A DNA stretch of 49,424 nt from Bacilli bacterium (GCA_028690575.1 JAQVAY010000002.1:1-49424); one strand, 5' to 3'; counted from the stretch's first letter, positions 8,386 through 16,472 are shown. Made by a program: numbers and translations. Notes: generated by a model not told the origin, from the letters alone.

Positions 8386-9789
8386 ATGCCAGAGTTACCA
8401 GAAGTTGAAACGATTAAAACACTATTAAAGCCTATCGTTATATCTCATCAAATAACTTCAATTGATGTTCTTCGTAAAACCACTATCCAAGGGGATATTG
8501 ATGCCTTTGTTAACGGTTTGGTCGGTGAAACTTTTACTGATGTCACGCGAATTGGTAAATTTCTCATCTTCCATTTAACCAATGATAAGGTTTTTTTATC
8601 TCATCTCCGTATGGAAGGCAAATATTACGAAATCGAGAAAAATGAAAAGAACACTCGTTATGCTCGTGTCGTATTTCATCTCGATAATGATAAAAAACTA
8701 TGCTACGACGATTCCCGTTGTTTTGGAATCATGAAATTAACTGATGAAAGCCGCTGGAAAAATGAAAAAGAAATCGCTCAGTTAGGACCCGAACCTTTTG
8801 ATGTGGAAGATGTTTCCTATTTAATAAAACGAACCAAAGGATCTTCGTTAGCCATCAAATCAACTCTACTAGATCAAACTTTGATGACAGGCCTAGGCAA
8901 CATTTACGTTGATGAGGTTCTCTATGCTTGCCAAATCAATCCTTTTACTCCCGCAAAACTTATCAAGAAAGAGGAATGGGAGAATATTGTCAAAGAGTCA
9001 AAAAGAATTTTAAACGGCGCTATTAAAGCGGGGGGCTCCACTATTCGTAGCTATCATCCAGGCAAAGATATCGATGGTAATTTTCAAACCAATTTATTGG
9101 CGTATGGCCAAAAAGACAACGATTGTCCGAAATGTCATCACCCAATGAAGTTTGTTAAAGTAAATGGACGGGGAACTACTTATTGCCCAATTTGCCAAGT
9201 AAAAAAAGGATTGCCAATATCAGTGGGCATTTTCGGTTCAATTGGAAGCGGTAAAACGGAAGTATTAAATTTATTTAAAGAGGTTGGATACGCCACTTTA
9301 TCAAGTGATGATATTGTTGCTGAACTTTATCATAAATCCCCCATTGTCGATTCAATTAACAAGTTGTTCAACTTGAATTTTACTGATGTAGTAGATAAAA
9401 GTATTCTTCGAGAGCACTTAACTATTTATCCAAAGGATAAGAAAAAACTAGAACGCTATATTCATCCCCTAGTAAAGAAAGAAGTCGCTTCCTTCATCAA
9501 ACTTCATCCTTTAAGCGCGATTGAGGTTCCGCTAATGTTTGAAGCAAAGATGGAAGTCATGTTTGATGTATTAATCGCCGTTGATGCCGATGACCAAATT
9601 AGGTATGAAAGAGTAAAGCAAAGGAATACTGCAACAGGTTCATTTCTCACTTTCCTCAATCAATACGATAATCGCTTTTCCATTAATAAAAGAAAAGCTG
9701 ACTTTGTCATTAAAAACAATGCCAGCCGTGAAGAATTAAAGAAGATGGTTAATCAAATCATCAATATACTGCAAGATCGCCAAAGCTAA
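8386..9789 (+). CDS. mutM: Fusion protein: formamidopyrimidine-DNA glycosylase (Fpg/MutM) plus dephospho-CoA kinase (CoaE)
   Basis: The N-terminus is MPELPEVE (catalytic Pro2/Glu3). The zinc finger is CPKC-x16-CPIC. After the short linker VKKGLP comes a CoaE P-loop, FGSIGSGKTEV, and a full-length kinase domain, all in one frame. An AAGGAG RBS precedes ATG 8386. Confidence 0.85.
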   Translation: MPELPEVETIKTLLKPIVISHQITSIDVLRKTTIQGDIDAFVNGLVGETFTDVTRIGKFLIFHLTNDKVFLSHLRMEGKYYEIEKNEKNTRYARVVFHLDNDKKLCYDDSRCFGIMKLTDESRWKNEKEIAQLGPEPFDVEDVSYLIKRTKGSSLAIKSTLLDQTLMTGLGNIYVDEVLYACQINPFTPAKLIKKEEWENIVKESKRILNGAIKAGGSTIRSYHPGKDIDGNFQTNLLAYGQKDNDCPKCHHPMKFVKVNGRGTTYCPICQVKKGLPISVGIFGSIGSGKTEVLNLFKEVGYATLSSDDIVAELYHKSPIVDSINKLFNLNFTDVVDKSILREHLTIYPKDKKKLERYIHPLVKKEVASFIKLHPLSAIEVPLMFEAKMEVMFDVLIAVDADDQIRYERVKQRNTATGSFLTFLNQYDNRFSINKRKADFVIKNNASREELKKMVNQIINILQDRQS

Positions 9790-10651
9790 TTTCTTCTTTA
9801 GCTGTTGACTTAATTAGACCGCCAATCTGCTTAGCACGTAAAGCGCCTGCTTTTGATGTTGAGTAAAGGGTCACTATTTCCGCAATGGTAAAATCACTCG
9901 TGATAATGGTAAGCAATTTTTTATTCGCACGAGCGGATATAATGGGGAAAATAATCGCATCACGAATCAAATCGTTTTTAAATTCATTCCCAAAATCATC
10001 TAAAACAAGAACGGGAATGTTTGAGTAACGGTCTAATTCTTTTTGGAATTTGACTTTGTCACTATATAGTAAATCACCTAATTCTCTAATGCGCTGAGAA
10101 CTATTTAAAAAGCAGATGAGGCCAAGATTTTTTCTTGCAATGTCAATGGTGAGAATAGCGGCCGAGAAAGTTCTTCCGCTGTTTGGACCACCATATAAAT
10201 ACATCCACTGATTGTTACCGTCTTTGGTGTATTTCATATATTGAGCAATCAATTGTTTTCGGGCTTCGGATTTATCGAGACTTCTTAAGTCGTAATCAAG
10301 CCAATCATCCGGAAAGTCTCGAACGATAAACTGCTTCTCAAAGGAAAGGCGCTTTAAAAATTCGGGACAAGGGGAAAGCTCGCGATCTAAATAACCATTG
10401 TGGTAAGTGATTCTTGTCACGAGAAGAGGCCTTTCTTTTTGGCAATTTTTGACTCCTGGACACTTTTTGCAATAATTGATATCTGAGACAAAATCAAATA
10501 TTTTAGGTAAGTTGCGATCAATGACTTCAGGAGGCACTTTTAAATCATTTAAATGTCTTATCGCTGAGGGGCAATTCTCAAAAGCAATTTTCATCTTTTC
10601 AAGAATTTCTTGGTCTTCGCTAATTGGCATATCTACTTTAAGCTTTTCCAT
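9761..10651 (-). CDS. dnaI: Primosomal helicase loader DnaI (AAA+)
   Basis: The N-terminal Cys-rich zinc module is CKKCPGVKNC...CP. The Walker B is VLVLDDFG. The Walker A is atypical: GGPNSGRT. It sits immediately downstream of dnaB. I chose ATG 10651 because GGAGGAGG lies 5 nt upstream; the ORF-track ATG at 10666 overlaps that RBS. Confidence 0.85.
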   Translation of the reverse strand: MEKLKVDMPISEDQEILEKMKIAFENCPSAIRHLNDLKVPPEVIDRNLPKIFDFVSDINYCKKCPGVKNCQKERPLLVTRITYHNGYLDRELSPCPEFLKRLSFEKQFIVRDFPDDWLDYDLRSLDKSEARKQLIAQYMKYTKDGNNQWMYLYGGPNSGRTFSAAILTIDIARKNLGLICFLNSSQRIRELGDLLYSDKVKFQKELDRYSNIPVLVLDDFGNEFKNDLIRDAIIFPIISARANKKLLTIITSDFTIAEIVTLYSTSKAGALRAKQIGGLIKSTAKEEISFGDLAVY

Positions 10652-11939
10652 CGCTACCTCCTCCATCTAGATCATCAATCATTTCTTCCCAAGAAGGTTC
10701 ATGTTTTGAACTAGATTCTTTTTCTTTGTTTTTTATCTCTCCGCTTTCAGTTATTTCAGCATTTTTAGGGGTTACTATTAGTTTTTCTTTATCTTTTGGT
10801 CGGTAGATTCGACGAAGGTAATTCATCGCATCCACCGCGGTGGTTAATCCTTCCCTTGCTAAGGAAGCGGCAATCTTTTCGGAATAAGCCCGGCTAAAAA
10901 CGTTGTTATTAACAGTCAGAACAAAATCGATAATAGCATTAATTACTCCATTTGATAGATGGAAGTTACTCGATAAATCATTGATTAATCGTAAGTCCGC
11001 ACTGGCCGGACGAGTGCCATTTTGTAAAACACCAAGATAATCTTTGGGTGACATAGTCTCAAAGAGATTAACTTTATGGGCTAAATCGGTTGATCCAGAA
11101 ACTTTTTGTGGTCTTCCGTTGTTCCGTTTTATAGCTAAATAATTGTAGTTAGTCTCTTCTTGGAAAAGCTTGGTTAGTTGTACTAAATCAATTCGCTTGC
11201 CTTTGGCAAGGTTAGGCGAATAAACAGAAGCTACATCGTTAGCGGCTGTTATTTCTTTCACTCCGAATAGAGTGGCTAATCTTTCAATTTCTTTCATCTC
11301 TTTTTTCGTGATAGCTTCAGGCTTTATTTGTGAGACTTCACCTAGAGAAGCAAAAAACTGTTCATAAGAAAAAACAATCTGCACTTTTCCGACAGTGCGA
11401 TCAATGGATTGAGAGGATGAGGCGAGGACTTTGGCAAAAACTGGATTATCAAAATCAGGGTGAAACACTTCGGCAAAAGAAGCCGAGATATCTTCTCCTT
11501 TAGGTGAAGGTTGCTCGAAATAATAAATTGATTTATAACGATTCGCGTCGGCTTCTCCAATATTTTTGACAAGCATTCCAAAAAGGAGTGAATTATCGAA
11601 GAAAACCTTTGGGGTTTTAGGAGAAAAAATCGCATAGTGATAAACATTCATATCCGAGGCTTTTTCCAAATAAGTTTGAATGAGTCCAACAGCTTCAAGG
11701 GCTTTTCGTGCTTCAACAAACTCACCAGGGACTATTTGCATCCGAGAGAATAATTGTTCGTGAGAGATTAAAGGAGTGATTTTTTGGTTCTTCGCTTCGC
11801 TCCATAAAGTGATATATAAACTAATTGCTTGGTGGCCAACGATGGGTTGATAAAGATTAGCAATTGTTTCCACATCGTAATCAGCGATGAGCGAGACTAA
11901 TTTTACTTCGAGAAAATCTTTGCTGTTGACTATGTTCAT
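10638..11939 (-). CDS. dnaB: Replication initiation and membrane attachment protein (Bacillus-type DnaB, DnaD-like domains)
   Basis: 433-aa ORF directly upstream of and overlapping dnaI, as in Firmicutes. The N-terminal DnaB_2-like region reads LVSLIADYDVETIANLYQPIVGHQAISLY. GGAGGT RBS. Confidence 0.75.
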   Translation of the reverse strand: MNIVNSKDFLEVKLVSLIADYDVETIANLYQPIVGHQAISLYITLWSEAKNQKITPLISHEQLFSRMQIVPGEFVEARKALEAVGLIQTYLEKASDMNVYHYAIFSPKTPKVFFDNSLLFGMLVKNIGEADANRYKSIYYFEQPSPKGEDISASFAEVFHPDFDNPVFAKVLASSSQSIDRTVGKVQIVFSYEQFFASLGEVSQIKPEAITKKEMKEIERLATLFGVKEITAANDVASVYSPNLAKGKRIDLVQLTKLFQEETNYNYLAIKRNNGRPQKVSGSTDLAHKVNLFETMSPKDYLGVLQNGTRPASADLRLINDLSSNFHLSNGVINAIIDFVLTVNNNVFSRAYSEKIAASLAREGLTTAVDAMNYLRRIYRPKDKEKLIVTPKNAEITESGEIKNKEKESSSKHEPSWEEMIDDLDGGGSDGKA

Positions 11940-12024
11940 CTTTCGACCTCCGAGTTGCCTTATTATGTCATGGAGAAAAAACCCTTTTCAATATGAAAAA
12001 GAAAGAGAAAAAATGGGGATAACT

Positions 12025-12118
12025 TTGTCCACACCCCTTTTATAACTGATTTATATATAAATCTATTTCTTTGCGTCCTTTTTTTATATTAGTTTTCCAC
12101 CAATCATTTTGTGGATAA
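12025..12118. promoter_or_regulatory. Cluster of DnaA-box-like 9-mers
   Basis: TTGTCCACA (12025-12033, 1 mismatch to TTATCCACA), TTTTCCACC (12093-12101, 2 mismatches) and a perfect TTATCCACA on the minus strand (TGTGGATAA, 12110-12118). The last two face each other 8 bp apart. Confidence 0.5.
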
Positions 12119-12277
12119 ATATCATTTATACTCGAGGTCTACTAAACATTGATTCTCTTTTTTTATAATTGTCAAAAAAATGCAAATAAATTTAGTTTAT
12201 TTATGGAAAAATACCAGTGATTAGAGCATAATAAACTTAATAATAGTTTTCTATTATTAGCAAAGAGGTATTGTCCT

Positions 12278-13237
12278 ATGATTAAAAAACTTGCTATTCT
12301 CACCAGCGGAGGAGACGCTCCTGGCATGAACGCGGCTATCAGAGTATGCACGAGAGCCGGTTTATTTTACGGCATTGATATGTATGTCGTTTATGACGGC
12401 TTTAAGGGTCTCATTGAAGGAAATATAAAGCAAATAAATAAAGAGTTCACCAGCGATATTATGAATCGCGGTGGAACAATAATTCGATCAGCTAGACTTG
12501 AAGAATTTAAAGATCCTGCCGTGGTTGAAAAGGCAGTTAGAATTCTAAAAGATTTTGAAATTGATGGATTAATCGCTATCGGCGGAGATGGAACCTATCG
12601 TGGTTTAGCCGCTATGGCCAAATTAGGCTATCCGGTCGTTGGTATGCCTGGTACAATCGACAACGATGTCGCTTCAACCGACGAAACCATCGGATTTGCC
12701 ACTGCTCTCAACACCATTTGTGAGTGCGTCGATCGAATCAAAGATACCTCTGGATCGCACCAGAGATGTTCCATTATCGAGGTCATGGGCCGCCACTGTG
12801 GAGACTTAGCAATCTTTTCATCATTAGCTGAAGGTGCTGAAGCATGTATTACTTTCGATCATCCAGCTAAAGAACAAGAACTATTCCGTCGTCTTAGAAA
12901 GATGAAAGCCCAAAATAAGAGTCACGCCATTGTTATCGTTAGTGAAAACCTTCTTGATATTCAAGAATTAGCTAAAAAAATAGAACAACAAGCCGGTTTT
13001 GCAACTCGCACTGAAGTATTAGGTCGATTGCAAAGAGGGGGAAGCCCAGTCGCTCACGATCGTATTCTTGCTGCACGACTTGGAACTGAAGCCATTGAAC
13101 TATTCCGTCGCGGAGAACACGGCAGAGTTGTTGGTATTCATCACAACAACGTTGTCAGCATTGATATCTTCGAAGCATTAGAAATGAAAAGAGATATCCA
13201 TAGTAATTTAATGAAATTAGTCGAAATGCTTCAATAA
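12278..13237 (+). CDS. pfkA: ATP-dependent 6-phosphofructokinase
   Basis: Motifs ILTSGGDAPGMNAAIR, IGGDGTY, PGTIDND and MGRHCGDLA. Confidence 0.95.
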   Translation: MIKKLAILTSGGDAPGMNAAIRVCTRAGLFYGIDMYVVYDGFKGLIEGNIKQINKEFTSDIMNRGGTIIRSARLEEFKDPAVVEKAVRILKDFEIDGLIAIGGDGTYRGLAAMAKLGYPVVGMPGTIDNDVASTDETIGFATALNTICECVDRIKDTSGSHQRCSIIEVMGRHCGDLAIFSSLAEGAEACITFDHPAKEQELFRRLRKMKAQNKSHAIVIVSENLLDIQELAKKIEQQAGFATRTEVLGRLQRGGSPVAHDRILAARLGTEAIELFRRGEHGRVVGIHHNNVVSIDIFEALEMKRDIHSNLMKLVEMLQ

Positions 13238-13296
13238 AGTATTAAAATAATAAGCACAAAAGAAAGCCCACTATTGTATTGTGGAGGAGAAAAAGT

Positions 13297-15060
13297 ATGA
13301 AAGTACAACAACATGATGGTTCCATCATTGAAATGGACAAAAAAGCCCCTGAATCCCTCGAAGTATTAAATCACTCAACAAGCCATTTGCTCGCTCAAGC
13401 GGTTTCTGAACTTTATCCAGATGCATTATTTGGATTTGGACCCTCTATTGAAAATGGTTTTTATTACGACATCGATTTTTCCACTCCAATCGTTGAGGAC
13501 GATTTAGCGAAAATCGAGAAGAAAATGCACGAATTGGCATCAAAAGATGAAAAAATTATCCGCAAAGAATTAACCAAAGAGGAAGCTCTTGAAGTTTTCA
13601 AAAACAATCCATACAAGGTTGAATTAATAAAAGAGATTAATGAAGACATCACCACCTTTACGCAAGGCGCATTTATTGATTTGTGCCGTGGACCACATCT
13701 TCTTTCAACAGGCCAAATTAAACATTTTAAACTTATGAGTCTCGCCGGAGCTTATTGGCGTGGCGACAGCAAAAATAAACAACTGGTCCGCATCTATGGT
13801 ACTTCTTGGTGGAGCGAAGAAGAATTAAAGGCTTATCTCGACTTAATTGAGGAGAGAAAAAAGAGAGACCACCGTTTATTAGGTAAACAACTCGATTTGT
13901 TTATGCTTAGTGAATATGGTCCTGGTTTTCCTTTCTGGCTACCTAATGGAATGATTTTACGCGAAGCAATTGAAGAATATTGGAAAGAGCAGCATTTCAA
14001 ATATCATTATGTGATTGTAAAAACCCCTATCATTCTATCAAAAGAATTATGGGAAATTTCTGGTCACTGGTCCCACTACAAAGACAACATGTATACCACC
14101 AAGATTGACGAAAGAGATTTTGCAATCAAACCCATGAACTGCCCTGGAGGTATTCTTGTTTACAAGAATTCGCTCCACTCTTATAAAGACTTACCAATTC
14201 GCATGGCTGAGTTAGGTCTAGTCCATCGTCATGAAGCAAGCGGTGCTCTAAATGGCTTATTTAGAGTTCGCTCATTTACTCAGGATGATGCTCATATTTT
14301 CTGTCGTGAAGACCAACTAGTCGAAGAAATCAAAACCTTGCTCAAATTCTATGAAGATATGTACAGCGTCTTTGGACTCGATTATTACATCGTTCTCAGC
14401 ACAAGACCTGAAACAGGTTATATCGGCGATATCAATGTTTGGAATAAGTCTGAAGCCATTCTAAAAGAAGCTTGCGAAAAGAGCGGCAAAGAATTCATTA
14501 TTAACCCAGGTGACGGGGCTTTCTATGGTCCCAAATTAGATTTCAAATTGAAAGATTCAATGAACCGCATTTGGCAATGTGGAACGATTCAATTAGATAT
14601 GAACCTCCCCGAAAGATTTGATTGTTTCTACATCGATAGCGATGGAGAGAAGAAACGCTCTATCATGCTCCATCGTGCGTGCTTAGGATCAATTGAAAGA
14701 TTTATCGGCATTTTAATTGAGCATTACGGAGGCGCTTTCCCCGCTTGGTTATCACCAGTGCAGGTTAATGTCTTACCAGTCAATAACGCCTTCCACCTCG
14801 ATTATTGCAAAGCGATTTATGAACAATTAAGAAACCGCCATATCCGCGTCGAACTCGATGATAGCAATGATAAGCTTGGCTACAGAATGAGAAATTCTCA
14901 AGTTAAGAAATATCCTTTTACTCTCGTTATCGGTGATCACGAAAGAGATGACGGAACAGTCACATACCGTCGCTTTGGATCCAGTGAACAAATCACTGTC
15001 TCTTTAGATGGTTTCATCGATCTATTGGAAAAAGAGATTGCCAATAAAAAAGCAATTTAG
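13297..15060 (+). CDS. thrS: Threonyl-tRNA synthetase with a short N-terminus (TGS domain essentially absent)
   Basis: It carries the editing-domain motif HSTSHLLAQAV and class II motifs (RDHRLLGKQLDLF, FRVRSFTQDDAHIF, GAFYGPKLDF), plus a C-terminal anticodon-binding domain. GGAGGAG lies 6 nt upstream of ATG 13297. The ORF-track TTG at 13279 lies inside that RBS region. Confidence 0.93.
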   Translation: MKVQQHDGSIIEMDKKAPESLEVLNHSTSHLLAQAVSELYPDALFGFGPSIENGFYYDIDFSTPIVEDDLAKIEKKMHELASKDEKIIRKELTKEEALEVFKNNPYKVELIKEINEDITTFTQGAFIDLCRGPHLLSTGQIKHFKLMSLAGAYWRGDSKNKQLVRIYGTSWWSEEELKAYLDLIEERKKRDHRLLGKQLDLFMLSEYGPGFPFWLPNGMILREAIEEYWKEQHFKYHYVIVKTPIILSKELWEISGHWSHYKDNMYTTKIDERDFAIKPMNCPGGILVYKNSLHSYKDLPIRMAELGLVHRHEASGALNGLFRVRSFTQDDAHIFCREDQLVEEIKTLLKFYEDMYSVFGLDYYIVLSTRPETGYIGDINVWNKSEAILKEACEKSGKEFIINPGDGAFYGPKLDFKLKDSMNRIWQCGTIQLDMNLPERFDCFYIDSDGEKKRSIMLHRACLGSIERFIGILIEHYGGAFPAWLSPVQVNVLPVNNAFHLDYCKAIYEQLRNRHIRVELDDSNDKLGYRMRNSQVKKYPFTLVIGDHERDDGTVTYRRFGSSEQITVSLDGFIDLLEKEIANKKAI

Positions 15061-15093
15061 CTCCTTTCAATTAATCCTGAAAAATATAAAAAT

Positions 15094-15120
15094 AAGAGAT
15101 ACTATGTATCTCTTTTTTAT
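15094..15120 (+). terminator. Rho-independent terminator after thrS
   Basis: AGAGATAC, a 3-nt loop (tat), GTATCTCT, then TTTTTAT. Confidence 0.7.
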
Positions 15121-15123
15121 TTG

Positions 15124-15153
15124 TTGACATTCCTAATGAAAAGATGTTAATAT
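15124..15153 (+). promoter_or_regulatory. Sigma-A promoter of the infC-rpmI-rplT operon
   Basis: TTGACA (15124-15129), an 18-nt spacer, then TAATAT (15148-15153) with an upstream TGt (extended -10). Confidence 0.6.
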
Positions 15154-15159
15154 TCTAAT

Positions 15160-15273
15160 GCAAAAAATAGTAGAAAGCAGAGGCACCTCTCGCCAGATTG
15201 ATTCCAAATCGATTGGCTAACGCTACATTCTAAGTTTTAGAAATGTTACGGGTGCATCATGCTCCCGTTTTTT
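15160..15273 (+). promoter_or_regulatory. Leader RNA with intrinsic attenuator upstream of infC (L20-leader type)
   Basis: Three hairpins are visible. The first is GCCAgATTGAT/ATCGATTGGC. The second is ACATTCTAA/TTAGAAATGT. The third is a terminator, ACGGGtGCAT-c-ATGCtCCCGT (15248-15268), followed by TTTTTT. The position matches the Firmicute L20 autoregulatory leader, but I could not run a covariance model. Confidence 0.55.
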
Positions 15274-15286
15274 GATAGTAAAGGAG

Positions 15287-15847
15287 ATGATGTTTATCTT
15301 ACCAGCTAAAAAATTTGACGGCCAACGGCCAAACAATCAATCCAAAGACTTAATTAACGAGTATATTCGTTTTCCACAAGTCTTATTAATTGGACCTCAA
15401 GGAGAGCAATTTGGTGTGATGTCCTCGCGAGAAGCACAACTGAAAGCTAATGAATTTGAATTAGATCTTCTATGTGTTGCCCCTCAAGCTCAACCACCAG
15501 TATGCAAAATTATCAACTATAGTAAGTGGAGATTTGAACAGCAGAAAAAAGCTAAAGAAGCTCGCAAAAATCAACACATAGTTGAAACAAAAGAAGTTCA
15601 ATTAACACCTCAAATCGGTGTCCATGACATGGAGACTAAGGTTCGCGCCGCCATTAAATTCCTCGATGAAGGAAACAAAGTTAAAGTCGGTGTGCGATTC
15701 AGAGGTCGTCAGATGGCTCATATCGAGGTTGGACAAGCTGCCTTAGATAAATTCATCGAATTAGTCAGCGAATACGCTGTCATAGAAAAACCAGCCGCCA
15801 TGGAAGGTCGATGGCTCATCGCCATTCTTGCGGCAAAGAAAAAATAG
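15287..15847 (+). CDS. infC: Translation initiation factor IF-3
   Basis: The IF3 N and C domains are present: SKDLINEYIRFPQVLLIGPQGEQFGV, PPVCKIINYSKWRFEQQKKAKEARKNQ and RFRGRQMAH. The stop is firm but the start is uncertain. TTG 15272 lies in the attenuator U-tract. ATG 15287 and 15290 are 0-3 nt from the AAGGAG (15281-15286). ATC 15296 has ideal spacing. Confidence 0.9.
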   Translation: MMFILPAKKFDGQRPNNQSKDLINEYIRFPQVLLIGPQGEQFGVMSSREAQLKANEFELDLLCVAPQAQPPVCKIINYSKWRFEQQKKAKEARKNQHIVETKEVQLTPQIGVHDMETKVRAAIKFLDEGNKVKVGVRFRGRQMAHIEVGQAALDKFIELVSEYAVIEKPAAMEGRWLIAILAAKKK

Positions 15848-15859
15848 GAGAAAACCATT

Positions 15860-16054
15860 ATGCCAAAAATGAAAAGCAAACGCGGTCTCATGAAGAGAAT
15901 CAAAATAACCGGCACTGGTAAGATTATCAGAGGTCAGGCTTATTGCTCGCACTTAGCCCCACACAAAACAACCAAACAAAAGAGACATTTAATGAAGTCA
16001 GCACAAGTTCACAAGACTGATTATAAGAGAATTAAATTTCTCATCATTAAATAA
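15860..16054 (+). CDS. rpmI: 50S ribosomal protein L35
   Basis: [22 protein letters not shown]...; 64 aa; an AGGAG RBS precedes it. Confidence 0.95.
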   Translation: MPKMKSKRGLMKRIKITGTGKIIRGQAYCSHLAPHKTTKQKRHLMKSAQVHKTDYKRIKFLIIK

Positions 16055-16068
16055 GGAGGTAACCGAAA

Positions 16069-16425
16069 ATGGCAAGAGTAAAGAATAGTGTTGCTACACG
16101 CGCACGCCGCAAAAGAGTATTAAAAAGAGCTTCTGGTTACTTCGGAAGCAAGCACATTTTATTTAAAACCGCTAAAGAACAAGTCATGCACAGTTTACGC
16201 TATGCATACATTTCTCGTCGTTTAATCAAAAGAGACTACAGAAAATTATGGATCAGACGTATCAATGCTGCTTGCAGAATGAATGACATTTCTTATAGCA
16301 AATTCATGTTCGGATTAAAAGCGGCTAACATCAATGTCAACCGCAAAATGCTTGCTGAACTAGCAATTCATGATGCGCAAGCCTTCGCTGACTTAGTCAA
16401 AGAAGCAAAAAAGCATCTCAAATAA
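16069..16425 (+). CDS. rplT: 50S ribosomal protein L20
   Basis: [28 protein letters not shown]...; 118 aa; AAGGAGG RBS. Confidence 0.97.
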   Translation: MARVKNSVATRARRKRVLKRASGYFGSKHILFKTAKEQVMHSLRYAYISRRLIKRDYRKLWIRRINAACRMNDISYSKFMFGLKAANINVNRKMLAELAIHDAQAFADLVKEAKKHLK

Positions 16426-16440
16426 GTAATTCTTAATTTG

Positions 16441-16472
16441 AAAAAGACTCCAAGAAAATGGAGTCTTTTTTG
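16441..16472. terminator. Bidirectional rho-independent terminator between rplT and thiI
   Basis: An A-run, then AGACTCC (16445-16451) pairing with GGAGTCT (16460-16466), then a T-run. It sits between convergent genes. Confidence 0.8.

Noticed and set aside
11342-11647. 101-aa same-strand alternative-frame ORF inside dnaB, plus many 60-95-aa ORFs within or antisense to dnaE, polA, leuS, glgA, ezrA, priA and other genes.
   Set aside because: All are embedded in longer ORFs with strong family signatures and lack RBSs. I treated them as frame shadows of AT-rich coding DNA.
11940-12277. Possible chromosomal origin (oriC): DnaA boxes, an AT-rich stretch and divergent flanking genes.
   Set aside because: No dnaA, dnaN or rpmH lies nearby. 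There are only three boxes, one of them perfect. Genes further left (ackA to coaE) are on the plus strand, which does not fit a replication-origin strand switch. I treated it as a regulatory DnaA-box cluster instead. A GC-skew analysis of the whole genome would settle it.
15272-15286. The TTG 15272 start for infC given in the ORF track. The same applies to the upstream-extended starts at 5730 (polA), 8338 (fpg), 13279 (thrS), 26723 (coaX), 33411 (rpmB), 35075 (rpe) and 40324 (DUF1904-like).
   Set aside because: Each extension overlaps the preceding gene, an RBS or a terminator U-tract. In each case an internal ATG has a canonical SD at 5-9 nt and matches the expected protein N-terminus.
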